From the NCBI GenBank assembly GCA_964016885.1, contig OZ024740.1:117180001-117244000 (forward strand): a stretch of 64,000 nucleotides of DNA, written 5' to 3'. Of the stretch, positions 1-12,600 are shown piece after piece. The notes beneath the pieces were generated by a model. It was not told the DNA's origin, made no database searches, and was given only the letters and a program-made list of their open reading frames with translations. Source of the DNA: Eledone cirrhosa. Taxonomy: Eukaryota. The translations under genes were made by a program, and so were the position numbers. The number at the start of each line of letters is the position of its first letter. Position 1 is the first letter of the stretch.

Positions 1-278
1 TACCTCACCTTATTAAATAATCCTCTTTCATGACTTTCTTTATATCACAGCCACAGGTATGTAGTGGAAGAATACACCGTTTTTATTTTCATACTTGAAG
101 ATCTTCCAGCTAAGTGGAACGACTCTACACAAAACGCAGCCAACAGAAATGTTACTTGTACTCCAGTGAATCGTGTATACTTCTCCCCATAAGGTAGTGG
201 TCAATTTTGTTCTTAACAAACAATACTAAAATCACACACGCACACACACAAACACAAACACACACACACACACACACA

Positions 279-312
<34 letters not shown>

Positions 313-318
313 TGCACA

Positions 319-368
<50 letters not shown>

Positions 369-2041
369 CATGTGTGCGTGTGTGTGTGTATGTGCGTGCA
401 TGTATGTTTTTATATGTGCATTTACGTTTAGTTTGGCGAATGCAAACGTAGACGATATTAATGATAAGAGGAGCCAAATGATGGTAATATTTATATCCGT
501 GTAATGATGCCAATGTTAGTGATAAACTGTAACCAGAAATTGTCAGGTGGTAATTATTGTTAGGCTCTTAGGAATGGTAATTGGCAAACAGGGGCGCCAA
601 TAAAATAACAGAATATATATATTCTGGTTAGTATGTTAATAAACTGATGAAAAGGTTAATTAGTGTGTGTTGGAAAAGAAAATACTTTAAAATCAAACAA
701 ACATATCTTTTAGAACACTCGCAGCTGTTACAGATATTACTTATTGCCATATTTTTCAACATAACATATACAAGGGATATAGCAACCGCAAATTAGACTG
801 CTACAGTTGTGTGGAAATATTTCCAAAACGACCTGTTATTACTGTTGTACACTGAAACCCATAACACGTTTTGACAAACGACAACAGGTTCGGCATGTAT
901 CCATTCAGTGATTATATCTGGTTTATTATTTTTCGTTAGTTGATAACCATCGTGAAACAAGAGGTATCTTTTTGATAAACTAAGTTTGTGTCATGATTTC
1001 GTTTCTTAGCTGCATTATATTTACTCTGAGGTGCTACTGTATTTATAAGCCATAGCGTCTTTAATTGATGGCAGATGACATGAGACAATATTAGTTTTGT
1101 AGTGAGCTGAGATACTATAAGATCCAAGGGACGGTTAACGCTATTGTTTATCGTTGATGACGGAAAACATGGGCGGAAAGTGTAAAAGTAAACCCTTCTA
1201 ATGACAATAGAGACCCTAATTATAGAAGTCCTTCACGAAATATATCATTGACATGCTGAAGACGAATACAAACCTTAAAAAAATATGTACTACACCAACT
1301 GAAAGAAACCACACGTGAATATGCAATAGCTCGAAGAAAATATCAAGGAGGTGGGGATAGAAAACAGCTTGTAAAGTTCAGAAAGCCAAAGGTTTCTTCA
1401 TCCCACTAATAACTTAAATATGACGCGATGTGAAAATCGAGAAATGATGGATCACTATATGATCGCAAGAGATGTTTCTGTCCCATTTAGACAATCACTG
1501 GTGGGTTGGTTTAATTGCCATAGACGATAAAATGCAAATGTTTTAACACTATGATGACATGTATATAGACAGTATATTTCGAATATGTTCACCTTGCAAA
1601 TAATTCTATATTTTTCATGGAAAATATAGGTTTCTCATTTTTGCGACATACTGTTTGTTCTGGAAAACAGTTGATCATTACCATCAATTGCAGTAAGTCC
1701 TGAAAAAAGAGTTCTGATGTAACTCTCAACATAGAGGAGAGCCAAAGAGTGTGTATGGTGCTGAACAGTTATTTATTACTGTGGTGGAAACTGAGCTGCA
1801 AATGGACAATGTTAATGACTGCCAGCCCATAGTGAGATGTTTGTAGGTGCTAGAACTATCTAAAGAATACTGAAGTTATGGACGCTTTTGAAAGTTTCTC
1901 TCAGAAAGAAACTCCTTTAATGACAATTATCTGCTCTTGATGCAGAATACACCCTACAGAAATTATGTGGAATGTGAGTTCATAAAATCTTCTTCCGATT
2001 CATTGCTCTCACTGATGTAATAAATGTCACATTATTAATAA

Positions 2042-2727
2042 TACTAGCAAAAAAACCACCCTTCGGGTGTTTTTCTCCTAGCATGTGTAGTGTGTATATT
2101 GATATTATACGCAAGTATATATACATGTAGATATGATACATCAAATAAAATCGTAATTGACAATATACACAGAAATTGAACGAAGACTGTGTTACACTGT
2201 CTTATTTAATCAATAACGTAATCCATGATGCATTAAAAACGACGATATTATATATAAACTGCATTAGGAGAAAATTAGTGACAGAAAATTGATATGTTTA
2301 TTTAAGCGATCGCCACCAGAAGCGTTGACATTTGAACATTTTAAAGAAGTGAATCTTTAAATAAATAATAAAATATATTTAATGAACAGTCACGAAATTT
2401 AGTAGATAAATTATGTAATATTCATTCATTCATTATTTATTGAAAGGGTGGTGGATTGGTAGTATCAGTAGAGGGTCGGACGCCATGCTTTCCCACATAG
2501 TTACGTCCCTTTACGATCTGAGTTCAAATCCCGCCGAGGTTTACTTTGCCTTTCATCCTTACGGGGTCGATAAAATAAAGTACCAGTAATGCACTGGGTA
2601 ATTGCTGGCCTTGTGCCTAAAGTAGAAACAATTATTTATTCAAAGTAATCTAACTTATTTTACTAATGGGATAAAAAATTATAAACCGTACGCAGTCCCG
2701 CACTTCTCCCTTTATTATAGTTTAGAT
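2042..2727. mobile_element. Probable non-autonomous Helitron/Helentron-like (HINE-type) repeat with a SINE inserted
   Basis: Starts ACTAGCA with a terminal hairpin (CTAGCA...ACCC TTC GGGT...CTAG). About 190 bp is repeated with high similarity at 62855-63040. Possible other end is CCCTTTATTATAGTTTAGAT near 2727. Family assignment is inference. Confidence 0.4.
2446..2631 (+). mobile_element. tRNA-derived SINE with Deu/Nin-type core
   Basis: A-box-like GGTGGATTGGTAGTATCAGTAG, B-box GAGTTCAAATCCC, core TTTGCCTTTCATCCTTACGGGGTCGATAAAATAAAGTACCAG, TSD-like ATTATTTATT on both sides. Confidence 0.9.
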
Positions 2728-2897
2728 TAAATAATGACATGGGTTATTAACTGTATTCATAGTTGTCTTTTCTAGATTTTTATTTGGGTTGTAACTAATC
2801 TGTATGTGTTAAGCATCTATCACTCTGGACATTCTCTCGCTACCAGGACAGCCTGTAAATGTAAGCAGATAGAGGAGATCGTATTCTTCTTGCAAAG

Positions 2898-3083
2898 AGC
2901 GGTGGATTGGCAGTATCGGTAGAGGATCGGACGCTATGTTCTGCAGCATAGAGTTATGCCCCTTTACGTTCTGAGTTCAAATCCACCTGGGTTAACTTTG
3001 CCTTTCATCCTTACGGAGTCGATAAAATAAAGCACCAGTAATGCACTGGGATAATTGCTGGTCTTGTGTCAAAAGCAGAAACA
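2898..3083 (+). mobile_element. Same SINE family
   Basis: Full-length copy similar to 2446-2631. Confidence 0.9.
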
Positions 3084-3199
3084 TTTCTTTCAAACGAAGA
3101 TGGACACGACTGGAATCTCAAATTCGACACCTCAAAGCACATTATAAGATAGAGGATAGAATCCTAACCTAGTTTGTGAAGACCATCTCAAACTGTGTA

Positions 3200-3720
3200 A
3201 TCAATAATTTAGTAATCTTGTCTATTAACACATTTTATAAGATGCAAATACTGATGTACTATTAAGAGCACCATTAAAAGTTTTGAGAACTTTAAATACC
3301 TTGGCTCTCATGTCACAGACTCCCAAAAATATTTCAACATCCCTAAAGTTCTGGCATGGGACGCGTACAACAGGCTTGAACAGCCTTGGCGCTCAAATTT
3401 ATCATCCTCCTTATAAGTTCAAATCTTTCGAACATTGATTGAACCAGTATTACTATATGGATCTGTTCGTCTTGAAAAACTGCTGGATGGAGCATATACA
3501 AATCTGCTCAGAAGAATGAAAAACATAAGCAGGAGATCACACACAACACTTGAACCATCTATGGCGATTTGATTCCAATATCCCTTAGACTTAAGCAAAA
3601 AAGATACAGTTTGCTGGTCACTGTCATCGGGCCGAAAAAGAAATCATTGTATCTCTCTTTCTGTGGCATCCCTCTGGATGTGTCTATTCACGAAAACTGA
3701 CTTTCCCAGACACCATGGGT
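3200..3720 (+). mobile_element. Degenerate non-LTR (RTE-like) RT C-terminal fragment
   Basis: Hand translation gives FENFKYLGSHV, PVLLYGS and LDGAYTNLLRR, with stops and frameshifts. Confidence 0.6.
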
Positions 3721-3899
3721 CGGGAATCAGGTTATATTATATAACTAGATTAGATACTAAAATATGATACAAATATAAGGATAGTTGAAATATTTTCCCC
3801 ATGTTAAAGAACGTACCACTGCTACAACCAGAAATATTTTTCAGAAAAATCAATCAAATTTACACTAACTTTTGCAATTAGGGGGTGTATGTATGTTCT

Positions 3900-4345
3900 T
3901 CTGTAATTTCACCAATTGTTTCCAAATAGAGAGAGAGTCGGTTTCTAACATAGACACAAGACTCTCTCATTGGAATTTACACAACATCAACTAGGTAGAT
4001 TATGTATGCTTGCATGTGTAGATATGGATGTTATTGTATGTGTGGATGTGTATGTTTTGAGTTGTATGTGTGCATGTCTATATGTTTTGTATCTGTACAT
4101 GTGTATATGCAGTTATTCGATGCAACATTTTTGGAATGTTTTACATATTTTTACTGTTCCAGTAATGGATTGTACTTGTAATTTCCTAACTAGTTGTGTT
4201 CTCTCTATTCTTGTGAAGCCTAGCTTCTCAAGATTTGTATTGAGGCAGTTACTAATATATCCCAGTGTCCCAATAATCACAGGCATAAATCTGAAGGTGT
4301 AATCAGGGTGGAGTATCTGTAGATTTCTCATCGGTTCTGCATAAA
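3900..4345 (-). mobile_element. 3' end of an R4/Dong-like RLE non-LTR element
   Basis: ORF 4113-4331 (LQILHPDYTFRFMPVIIGTLGYI...KLQVQSITGTVKICKTF) resembles an RLE C-terminus. A second copy lies at 46400-46640. Confidence 0.6.
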
Positions 4346-4902
4346 TATGTATGTATGTATGTGTGTATGTATGTAGTTAGAATGAGGTGAATAAAGGCCA
4401 CTCTAAACAATCTTCGTGGTTCTGAGAAAAATTTTCAAAATTGGTGATTGGTGCAAATAATACCATCAAAGACTGTAGTATGATCACATTCAATAAAAAG
4501 CAATTGTACTGCATTGTCCTTCGTGTGACACGTAACAAAGAACACGTTTAGAATTTAGGTAGAGGGCCTCTTCGGAAATATATTGCAGTCTCCATTTAAC
4601 CCACTACAGACGACTACAGTAAAGGGTAGAAAGAAAATACGCTACATTAAGTTATGTTTCAGCCTAGTCGACGGCCCTGAATCAGTGAACAGTAAAAAGG
4701 GGTCATCTACACATACACAGTATACTTTCTTTTAAAGAAAGCAGAGAAAAGCTAGAATTAATTCATGGTTTGGAAATAGTGAGTGACCATATCTATAACT
4801 GAGAAGCTGTATGAATGAGTATAGTGAGCGTATAGATGTGAAAGTGAAGAGAAATGTGTCAACGTTAATAAAATATGTAAAAATTCCATATTAGATTGTA
4901 TA

Positions 4903-4980
4903 TACAAGGTGTCCCCAAAAATGTATACACACTTTGATTACTTGTACGGGCAATATTTATTAGAATGTATATTTACAGGG
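4903..4980. mobile_element. Short Tc1/mariner-like MITE or terminal fragment
   Basis: TA|CAAGGTGTCCCCAAAAATGTATACAC... matches the element at 39975-40060. Confidence 0.45.
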
Positions 4981-4989
4981 GGGAAAGTA

Positions 4990-5510
4990 GAAGGAAAGAA
5001 AATATAGAAGAAAGGAGGGTGGGTTAGGAGGGAGCAAACTCTACTTTCTTGGCTACTTCCCGTGGACATAATGGCGAAAGTATTGCCGCTGAGAAGAGCC
5101 AGCGACACCCGCCAGCGGCGTGCAGAGCTCTGGTGATGCCCGGGCCAAATCTTGATTCTATGACCCAAAGACTCAAGTATAAGGCCTAATATACTGAGAA
5201 ATATGAGAAAGGAAAATATTTTGAATATATAAACATAGATGAAACATGAAATAATCGCTTTATTCAATTTTAGTATAAATCAATCAAATTTATTAAGTTC
5301 TTTTCCCCAAAGGATGCCCGGGGCCAACGTAGAGTCGCTCCCACCCTCTGCACGCTACTGCCTGCTGCCCAGCAATCCAACTATTGGGGTGAAATGTTTA
5401 GATGAAATGATCCATTCCTGATTTGGTGGAGGAAATCGGCAATCCGGAGACCGATAACACCGTAGGATTCAATGGCAACAGGCACAAAACGGAAGCGGTC
5501 AATCAGTTAA
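4990..5510 (-). mobile_element. CRE-like non-LTR C-terminal (RLE) fragment, interrupted
   Basis: Minus-strand translation gives LIDRFRFVPVAIESYGVIG (about 5507-5445), then ILESLGHRIK...RVSLALLSGNT (about 5190-5075). Confidence 0.5.
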
Positions 5511-5830
5511 ATAGATGGAGAAATGTGTGGAGAAATCTAGATTAAATAAAAGAGAAAGGGGGAGGGAGAAAATGAAAGGGAGAATAACACTTAACGCATA
5601 GAGAAAACAAGAAGGAAAAGCATTGAAACAGAATGGTGTTAATGTGAAGAAGTGGCGAGAAAGACGTGGAAAGAAAAGAAAAGAAATAAGAACTGATTGA
5701 ATGGGCGGTGGGGAGAACTAATGAGTAGGAAATAGGAACGAAATACAAAATAAGAAATAGAAGAAATACTACGTAAACAAGGTTATAAGGGAGTTGAAAT
5801 TAAGTGTTAAAGTGAGCAGGAGAAGGGGTG

Positions 5831-5861
<31 letters not shown>

Positions 5862-6770
5862 GGAGGCAGTAGTGGTATGAACGTGTATAAATCGAAAGAG
5901 ATTCAGCAAATGGGAGAATGTCAGAGAGTTAGAACATCGAAGAGTGACAGGAAGTGGCAGGGAAAAAGAAAGACAAAAATATATCAAAGGATAAGAGACC
6001 GAAATAGTTATAAAGAGAAAAAGTAGAAACTGAAAGAGAAAGAGGGACAGAGAGATAGAGAGAGAGAGAAAGAGAGAGGGAAAGAGAGAGTGTGTGTATG
6101 TGAGAGAGATGGAGACAGACAAACAGAAAGACTGATGTAAAGAGAGCAGCATCAGAAATAAATTTAATAATTGGAAAAAAAAAAGACAGAAGATCGAAAT
6201 ATTTACTGAGGAAGAAAGAGGCAAAAGAACTGAATTAGATTTCTAGAGAGAAATTGGGAGATGAGAAGAAAGAAAGAGAGAGAGGGGGAGCAATAAATAA
6301 CAAGAGTGAAGAAAAGGAGATGCAGGGAAAGAAAGATAGATAAATAGGAAATAAAATTGCAAGAAAAGTACGAAAAAAATCTGAAGAAAGATTGATGTAT
6401 AGATAGAAAGACTAAGAGAAAACGAAAGAGGGAGGGGGAAGAAAGACTAAAAGAAAAAGAAAGGGAGAAGAAAGAAAGATAGAGATATACAAGCATCGGC
6501 AGATAGAAGGGAGGGAAGTGAGAAAGTTTTATAAATGGCTCCTGTTTTGGTCAGGTTCTCTAGTACAAAATAAACAGAGGAGGGGTATGACTGAAAGATG
6601 TCAATAAGTACATTACGAGAGAGTTTGCTGTAGTGAGTAGTGTTGATAAAATAAAAATCGAGAAACAAACGGTTTAGATAACAGGGAGGTATAAGGCGGA
6701 GACGGGAAGAAGGATGGGAAAAAGGAAGGTGAAGAGATTGAGGAGTGGGGAAGAGTAGATCAAAGTAGTA
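5510..6770. repeat. Purine-rich (GA) low-complexity tract
   Basis: Near-continuous A/G-rich sequence with (GA)n and (GATA)n. Confidence 0.85.
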
Positions 6771-7099
6771 TATACATACATGGTGGCTGCCAACTCGTTT
6801 TCGAGTACGGCCACTACTTTATATCCATGTAGGAGAACTCCTACCGATGCGCTGAACGAGTGTGACTTTTTAGTCCAGCCAGCGACTTGAAAACTCTGGT
6901 ACAAACACTACACTTGTGACAATTATTGACACATAGTGCTGGGCCCATGGTACCATGTGACGACAAGTGCAGAGTGATCTCCAGAAATAAAGCAATGCCT
7001 GTGCCGTGAAGCTTTTATAGTGAGCAAAGGCACTGCACAAAGCCAGTCCCACTCTCTTAACCAAGATGATATTTACCAAAAAGAAGAACAAGTCAACAT
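6771..7099 (-). mobile_element. Bipartite internally deleted RTE derivative (5'UTR segment fused to 3'UTR) with (ATGT)n tail
   Basis: 6778-6961 matches 7116-7299 (RTE 3'UTR). 6962-7099 matches 10753-10890 (RTE 5'UTR). Confidence 0.85.
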
Positions 7100-10000
7100 A
7101 CATACATACATACATACATGGTGGCTGCCAACTCGTTTTCGAGTACGGCCACTACTTTATATCCATGTAGGAGAACCCCTACCGATGCGCTGAACGAGTG
7201 TGGCTTTTTAGTCCAGCCAGCGACTTGAAAACTCTGGTACAAACACTACACATGTGACAATTATTGACACCTATTGCTGGGCCCATGGTACCATGTGACC
7301 CAAGGTGTCGTGTGAGATCACCTATCGACCTGCATACCCTTCCACAAACATTACATGTCGTCGTCTAATGAACACTTTATAGCTCCACAGGTGCCTGCTT
7401 CCCTGTTCTTGTGCACTCTCAGGTGACTCTTTAGACCTGCCATGCTCAGACAAACCCTATTACAGGTCTCAGATGTCAGGTCAGGCCCTCTGTCAGTGCC
7501 TTCGAGAAGGCCAACATGGATTCCTTTCCGGACATCTCTTTTTAGTGTCGCGTGCCTTCTTCTTGTTTCCTCAAATAGACTGTTGCCGCTAGCCACTGCT
7601 TTCCTCCAATGCGATCGGTCGCTAGCGCATCCTTCCCAGTGCTCACAAGGAATGTTACTTTTCTTGAGCGCCCCCTTGATGCAGTCCTTAAAACGCATCT
7701 TGGGTTTGCTCGCGTTCCTTTTTCCCATTTGGAGCTTGCCATAAAGCAGCTGCTTCGGCATTCGCTTGTCATTCATCCTTACAAGATGGCCTGTCCAGCG
7801 CAGCTGATGTTTCAAAATCAAGGAATCGACACTATCATAGCCACTTCTGTCCAGAACCTCGACGTCACTGACAAACATTTGCCAAGTTATGCCGAGGATC
7901 CGACGTAAGCAGTACTGGTGGAACCTCTCAAGTCGCTTCATCTGTCTACGGTAGACCACCCACGTCTCACAAGCATAAAGAAGTGCCGCGAGCACACACG
8001 CATGATTCACTTTGAGCTTTGTCTTTATTGAAATTCCGTGTTGAGACCAGAGACGCTTGTTCAGTTTTCCAAAAGCACCACTGGCTTTCTGTATCCTGTT
8101 TGATATTTCCCCATCGCAGGACATACTCAGAGTGCTTCCAAGATATACAAAACTGCCAACGACCCTTAGCCTTTCACCATAAACCAAGATGTTGGGCTCA
8201 CAACATCGCTTCCCAGGGGCTGGTTGGTACATGGCTACTGTCTTTTTCAGGCTTATGGTAAGTCCCAATGCAGTACACGCATTAGAAAATGCATCCATGA
8301 GATGCTGCATATCAATCTCCGTGTGCGCTACCAGGTCACAGTCATCTGCATAAAGGAAATCCTGATTAGTGACAAGTGAACCTTTGACTTAGCATCGAAC
8401 CTCCTGATATTAAACAGCTTTCCAGTTGATCGATAGCGAACATATATACCATGATTGCAGTTCCCGAAGGCCTGTTCGAAGACAATGGAGAAGTACAAAG
8501 CAAAGAGCGTTGGAGCTGGAATGTCACCCTGTTTGACTCCATTCTCGACCGTCACCGGCTCAGAGAGCGTTCCACCAACATTTACCCATGCCTTCATGTC
8601 ATCATGAAACAAACGCAAAATGGAAACAAACTTCTCAGGGCACCCCAGCTTCCTCGAGATATCCCATAAAGCCTTTCTGTTGACCGTGTCAAACGCCTTT
8701 GTCAGATCAACAAACACCTGGTAGAGATCCACATTCTGCTCAACACACTTTTCATTCAGTTGTCTGGCTGTAAAGATCATGTCCACAGTGCCACGCCCAG
8801 CCCGAAAGGCCGATTGCGACTCTGGTAGAGCTTCATCAGCAATGTGGAGCAATAAACGGTCCAACAGTATTCTACAGAGAACTTTGCCGACAACAGACAA
8901 CAGTGATATCCCACGATAGTTTCCGCAGTCATCCCTGTCTCGCTTTCCCTTGTACAAAACAACCATCACAGCATCCTTCCAGTCATCGGGAACATGATTG
9001 TTGTTCCAGGCATCCAGAACCAGAGAAGGAAGTCGGTGCAAGAGATTCTCTCCACCGTGCTTCAAGATCTCAGCATACAGCCCATCCAATCCAGGCGACT
9101 TCCCACCATTGAGTTTCCAGACAGCACTTTTAACCTCCTCGATCGTTGGAGGCTCAGCAAGGATTTCCTTTACTGGCCTATCAGGTATGGACCTGATAAA
9201 CTCTTCGTCAACCTCTGAATCCCTATTGAGAAGCTCGCCAAAGTGTTCCCGCCATCTCAATAGGATATCATTGGGATCTCTAAGGAGCTGATTGCCATCC
9301 TTTGTCCTAAGAGGCGCAACTGGTGATGTAGGTGGTCCATACACTTCACGAATAATATTATACATTGCCTTAACGTCCTTCACATCCGACGCAAGTTGTA
9401 TTTCATCGGCTTTGTCATTCCACCACTTATTCTTCATTTCACGCAATTTTCGTTGCACATCTGCTTTTACGAGCTTCAGCTTATCAGCGATCGGTGCTTA
9501 AATCACTACCAAGCAATGCGGAGTGAAGCATATGTTTCTCCTCCAAAAGCTTGTCTATAAGCTTGTCATTTTGGTCAAACCAATCCTGATGCTTCTTATC
9601 CGTGAATCCAACAACATCAGCAGATACCACATAAACTGCCTCGTTAAAGAAAGTCCAGTCATTTCCACACTCTAACGCATCCATCTTTTTAACCAGATTT
9701 TCTCTGACTTCAGGATCCTTCAGACGGGCAACGTTCAGCCGTTTCGGAAGTGATACCCCTCGCCGTTTCTCCCTTTTACGAACTACACATCTTGCTCTTG
9801 CTCTCACCAGACGATAGTCGGTCCAACACTCTGCCCCACGCATCACACGAACACTCCACAGATCCTGTACATCCCGCCGCCTCGCAAGGACATAATCAAT
9901 CAGGTGCCACTGTTTCGATCCAGGATGCATCCATGTTGTCTTGTATTTGTCCTTCTGTTGGAACATAGTGCTGCCAATGAACAAGTCCAGCTCAGTGCAC

Positions 10001-11181
10001 ATTTGCAATAACAAGAGTCCATTGCCAATGTACTTTCCGAGCCCATGCTTGCCCAGAGATCTCCAGGTCTCACAATCACAGCCCGCGCGAGCATTAAAAT
10101 CTCCAAGAATGAAAATGTTGTCTGCTGCAGGCACTTTCCAGACAAGAGACCTTAATTCGTCATAAAAAACCTGCTTTGTTTCATCAATGCATTCCATAGT
10201 GGGTGCATAAGCACCAATCACGGTTGCATATCTTCCACCCTCTAGAAGAACTCTCACAGTGATCAGTCTATCACTAATGCCTGTCGGCAGCTCCTGAAGA
10301 TGGTCAGTTATAACTGTTTTTATGGCAAAAGTGACACCAGCTTCCCTCCTCCCCCCCTTCCTTCTCCTCCAGAAAAACGTATATCCACCGGGTTTCTCTG
10401 TGAAATGGCCCTCACCATGAAATCGAGTTTCTGAGAGGGCCACAACATCCATATCATAACGCCTGAGCTCCTTGGCAACCAATGCCGATCTTCTTTCAGG
10501 TCGCTGTACATTTGTTTCAATATCAAGAAAAGTACGCACATTCCAGCACCCAAAATTGAGTGGTTTGCACACAGTAGACCGATGAAGACCGGGCCCAGAC
10601 TGTGGCGCCCAGGGACACCTGCCGGGCCAGACCCTTTCACATGATGCTGATCCAGAGCCCTTATTGCCATTTACTTCAATTGTGTTAGGTACCTTCATTG
10701 TAATGTAGTTTGCCTTTTTAGGCTACGGCCAGCCAGAGTTCCACATCAAGATGACACGTGCAGAGAGATCTCCAGATATAAAGCAATACCTGTGCCGTGA
10801 AGCTTTTATAGTGAGCAAAGGCACTGCACAAAGCCAGTCCCACTCTCTTAACCAAGATGATATTTACCAAAAAGAAGAACAAGTCAACATCATTGGATAC
10901 CATCAGAGTTGCAGGTGTTATATCAGAGTTTTCCTTCTAGAATTCTGCCTTGACAAAGGCTAAGGGGTCATCTCTCCCGGTGATTTTGGATGGCCATTGA
11001 CTCTTAAGAGCTCCTTTGCCCTTTGACAGGTTTTGTTTTTAGTCCTGCAGGATGTTCAAAGTCACCCTCCTCACCAAGAAACCTTGGTGGGGTTGCCAGT
11101 TTAATCGCCAACGACCCGACCATGGGACAGGTTGTACTGGGATACATGTTACCATTAGCACCAACTGGTGACCTGACACAA
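7097..11181 (-). mobile_element. Near-full-length RTE-clade (BovB-like) LINE inserted in (CATA)n
   Basis: APE endonuclease, RT and C-terminal ORF segments with 5' and 3' UTRs. (CATA)n on both flanks (7097-7118, 11182-11233). Confidence 0.95.
7351..10698 (-). pseudogene. RTE ORF (AP endonuclease-reverse transcriptase), disrupted by two frameshifts (about 9484 and 8362)
   Basis: Endonuclease motifs CWNVRT, ALSETR, AYAPT, LGDFNAR, HLIDYV and TDY (H to Y). RT motifs NYRGISLL, FVDLTKAFD, GVKQGD and frameshifted DFLYADD. C-terminal QLRWTGHL and CNRVC..LKSHLRVH. Confidence 0.93.
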
Positions 11182-11233
11182 CATACATACATACATACAT
11201 ACATACATACATACATACATACATACATACATA

Positions 11234-11850
11234 CAGTTTACAAAGATCGGAGTGCTCTACAATCAGTTCCCTTGCCATTAAGTGTCAGATGCACTGGATA
11301 GGGCATCTTGTTTGTATGAATGACGCAAAGCTTTCAGAGGAAATCTTTTATGGTGAGCTTGTGCAAGGAAAAAGACCACAGCATAGGCCTAAGAAGAGGT
11401 ACAAATATTGCATTAAGAAAATGTAAAATGTCTAGATTTAGATATAAATCAATGGGTAAGCAAGATCTTGATCGTAGTACAACGAGAAATACAATTAAAT
11501 CAACTAAAATGGGCACTAAGAAACGATGAGCTGGTAGAGCTTGAAACTTGATTATTAGAATTGCACTTTCTGTCACTGTGTCCTTCCCTCTAAAGCCGGT
11601 TTCGTAAACCATGTGAAAGCGCATGAATAGACAAAGACAGACAGATTATGTCACAAATCTCCCTGCACCTCCAGATGTGACTACTTATCAAATTTATAGC
11701 AAGATGTGTAAGACAACCTCCAAGTTAAAGTGTCATATGAAGGTTCATCATCATGAAATTCCACATTCTAATCCAATAAACCCAGTACACACACAGGCAT
11801 GCCAAATGCATTGAAAATCACCTGGAGTGATTGAGATGATGTTGTGACGG
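11234..11850 (+). mobile_element. Older 5'-truncated RTE 3' fragment
   Basis: Translation QMHWIGHLVCMND...FYGELVQGKRPQHRPKKRYK and a degenerate C2H2-like CKTTSKLKCHMKVH. Confidence 0.75.
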
Positions 11851-12251
11851 CTATCATCTGAAAAGATGAAACATTTAATGTCCGGAAACATTTAATGTCC
11901 ATAGAGGTTGTAGGCACTACCATTGTTACTGTCCCACTATTTCTCTCCATGGAGACTAGAGCTGAATGCTACCATTCTAATGTACAGCGATAGGAGACTG
12001 AATTTTTCTAGTAACCAATTTTTAACTAACTTGTTAATTTGTGTTTGAAATACGTTGGCTGAGTGCTTATGGCGGGAGCGGAACTATTTGAATTTCGTCT
12101 CCTGCCATCACGTTAACGTAAGGGGACGGCATTGTGACGCGTAGAAATTCTAGTTACCAACGTTTTACTGTGTTGGCCGTCACATACAGTTATAGCCGGC
12201 ACGGACTGGAGTCGAATTCTGTCGATCGATTGGTTATAGATTAGGCGAAAA

Positions 12252-12360
12252 CCGCTGATAAAGCCACATGCGCTGATTGTGCATTGTTGCATAATATATG
12301 CGGACAGAGGGTGCTGTGCACTCTATTGCTGCATTAAGTGTGGCCGAAACTCGAGTTCGG
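12252..12360 (+). ncRNA. Hammerhead ribozyme-like motif (type I, G8A variant) with long branched stem II
   Basis: CCG|CUGAUAA A GCCACA...UGUGGC C GAAAC UCGA GUU|CGG. Confidence 0.65.
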
Positions 12361-12504
12361 GAATAATTGAAGGTACCCGTTTACGTGCGCTGTATCGAAA
12401 CGAATAACTATGTGTATGTTCTGGAAGTTTATTTAACATTACCTATTGAGTACGCTGAGATGCAACCTATCCTAGCAGTGATACCCTTGCTAGTTCTGTC
12501 AACT

Positions 12505-12600
<96 letters not shown>

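Noticed and set aside
152-513. YI/CV/HT-rich ORFs here and at 18.2, 21.5, 33-36, 39, 44.7, 50-51, 56-57 and 61-62 kb
   Set aside because: They are translations of (TA)n, (CA)n and (TACA)n microsatellites, not genes.
5542-6668. F/L/S-rich 'membrane-like' ORFs on the minus strand
   Set aside because: They are the antisense reading of a GA-rich low-complexity tract.
7442-10165. Plus-strand ORFs overlapping the RTE
   Set aside because: They are antisense shadows of the RTE ORF with no independent motifs.
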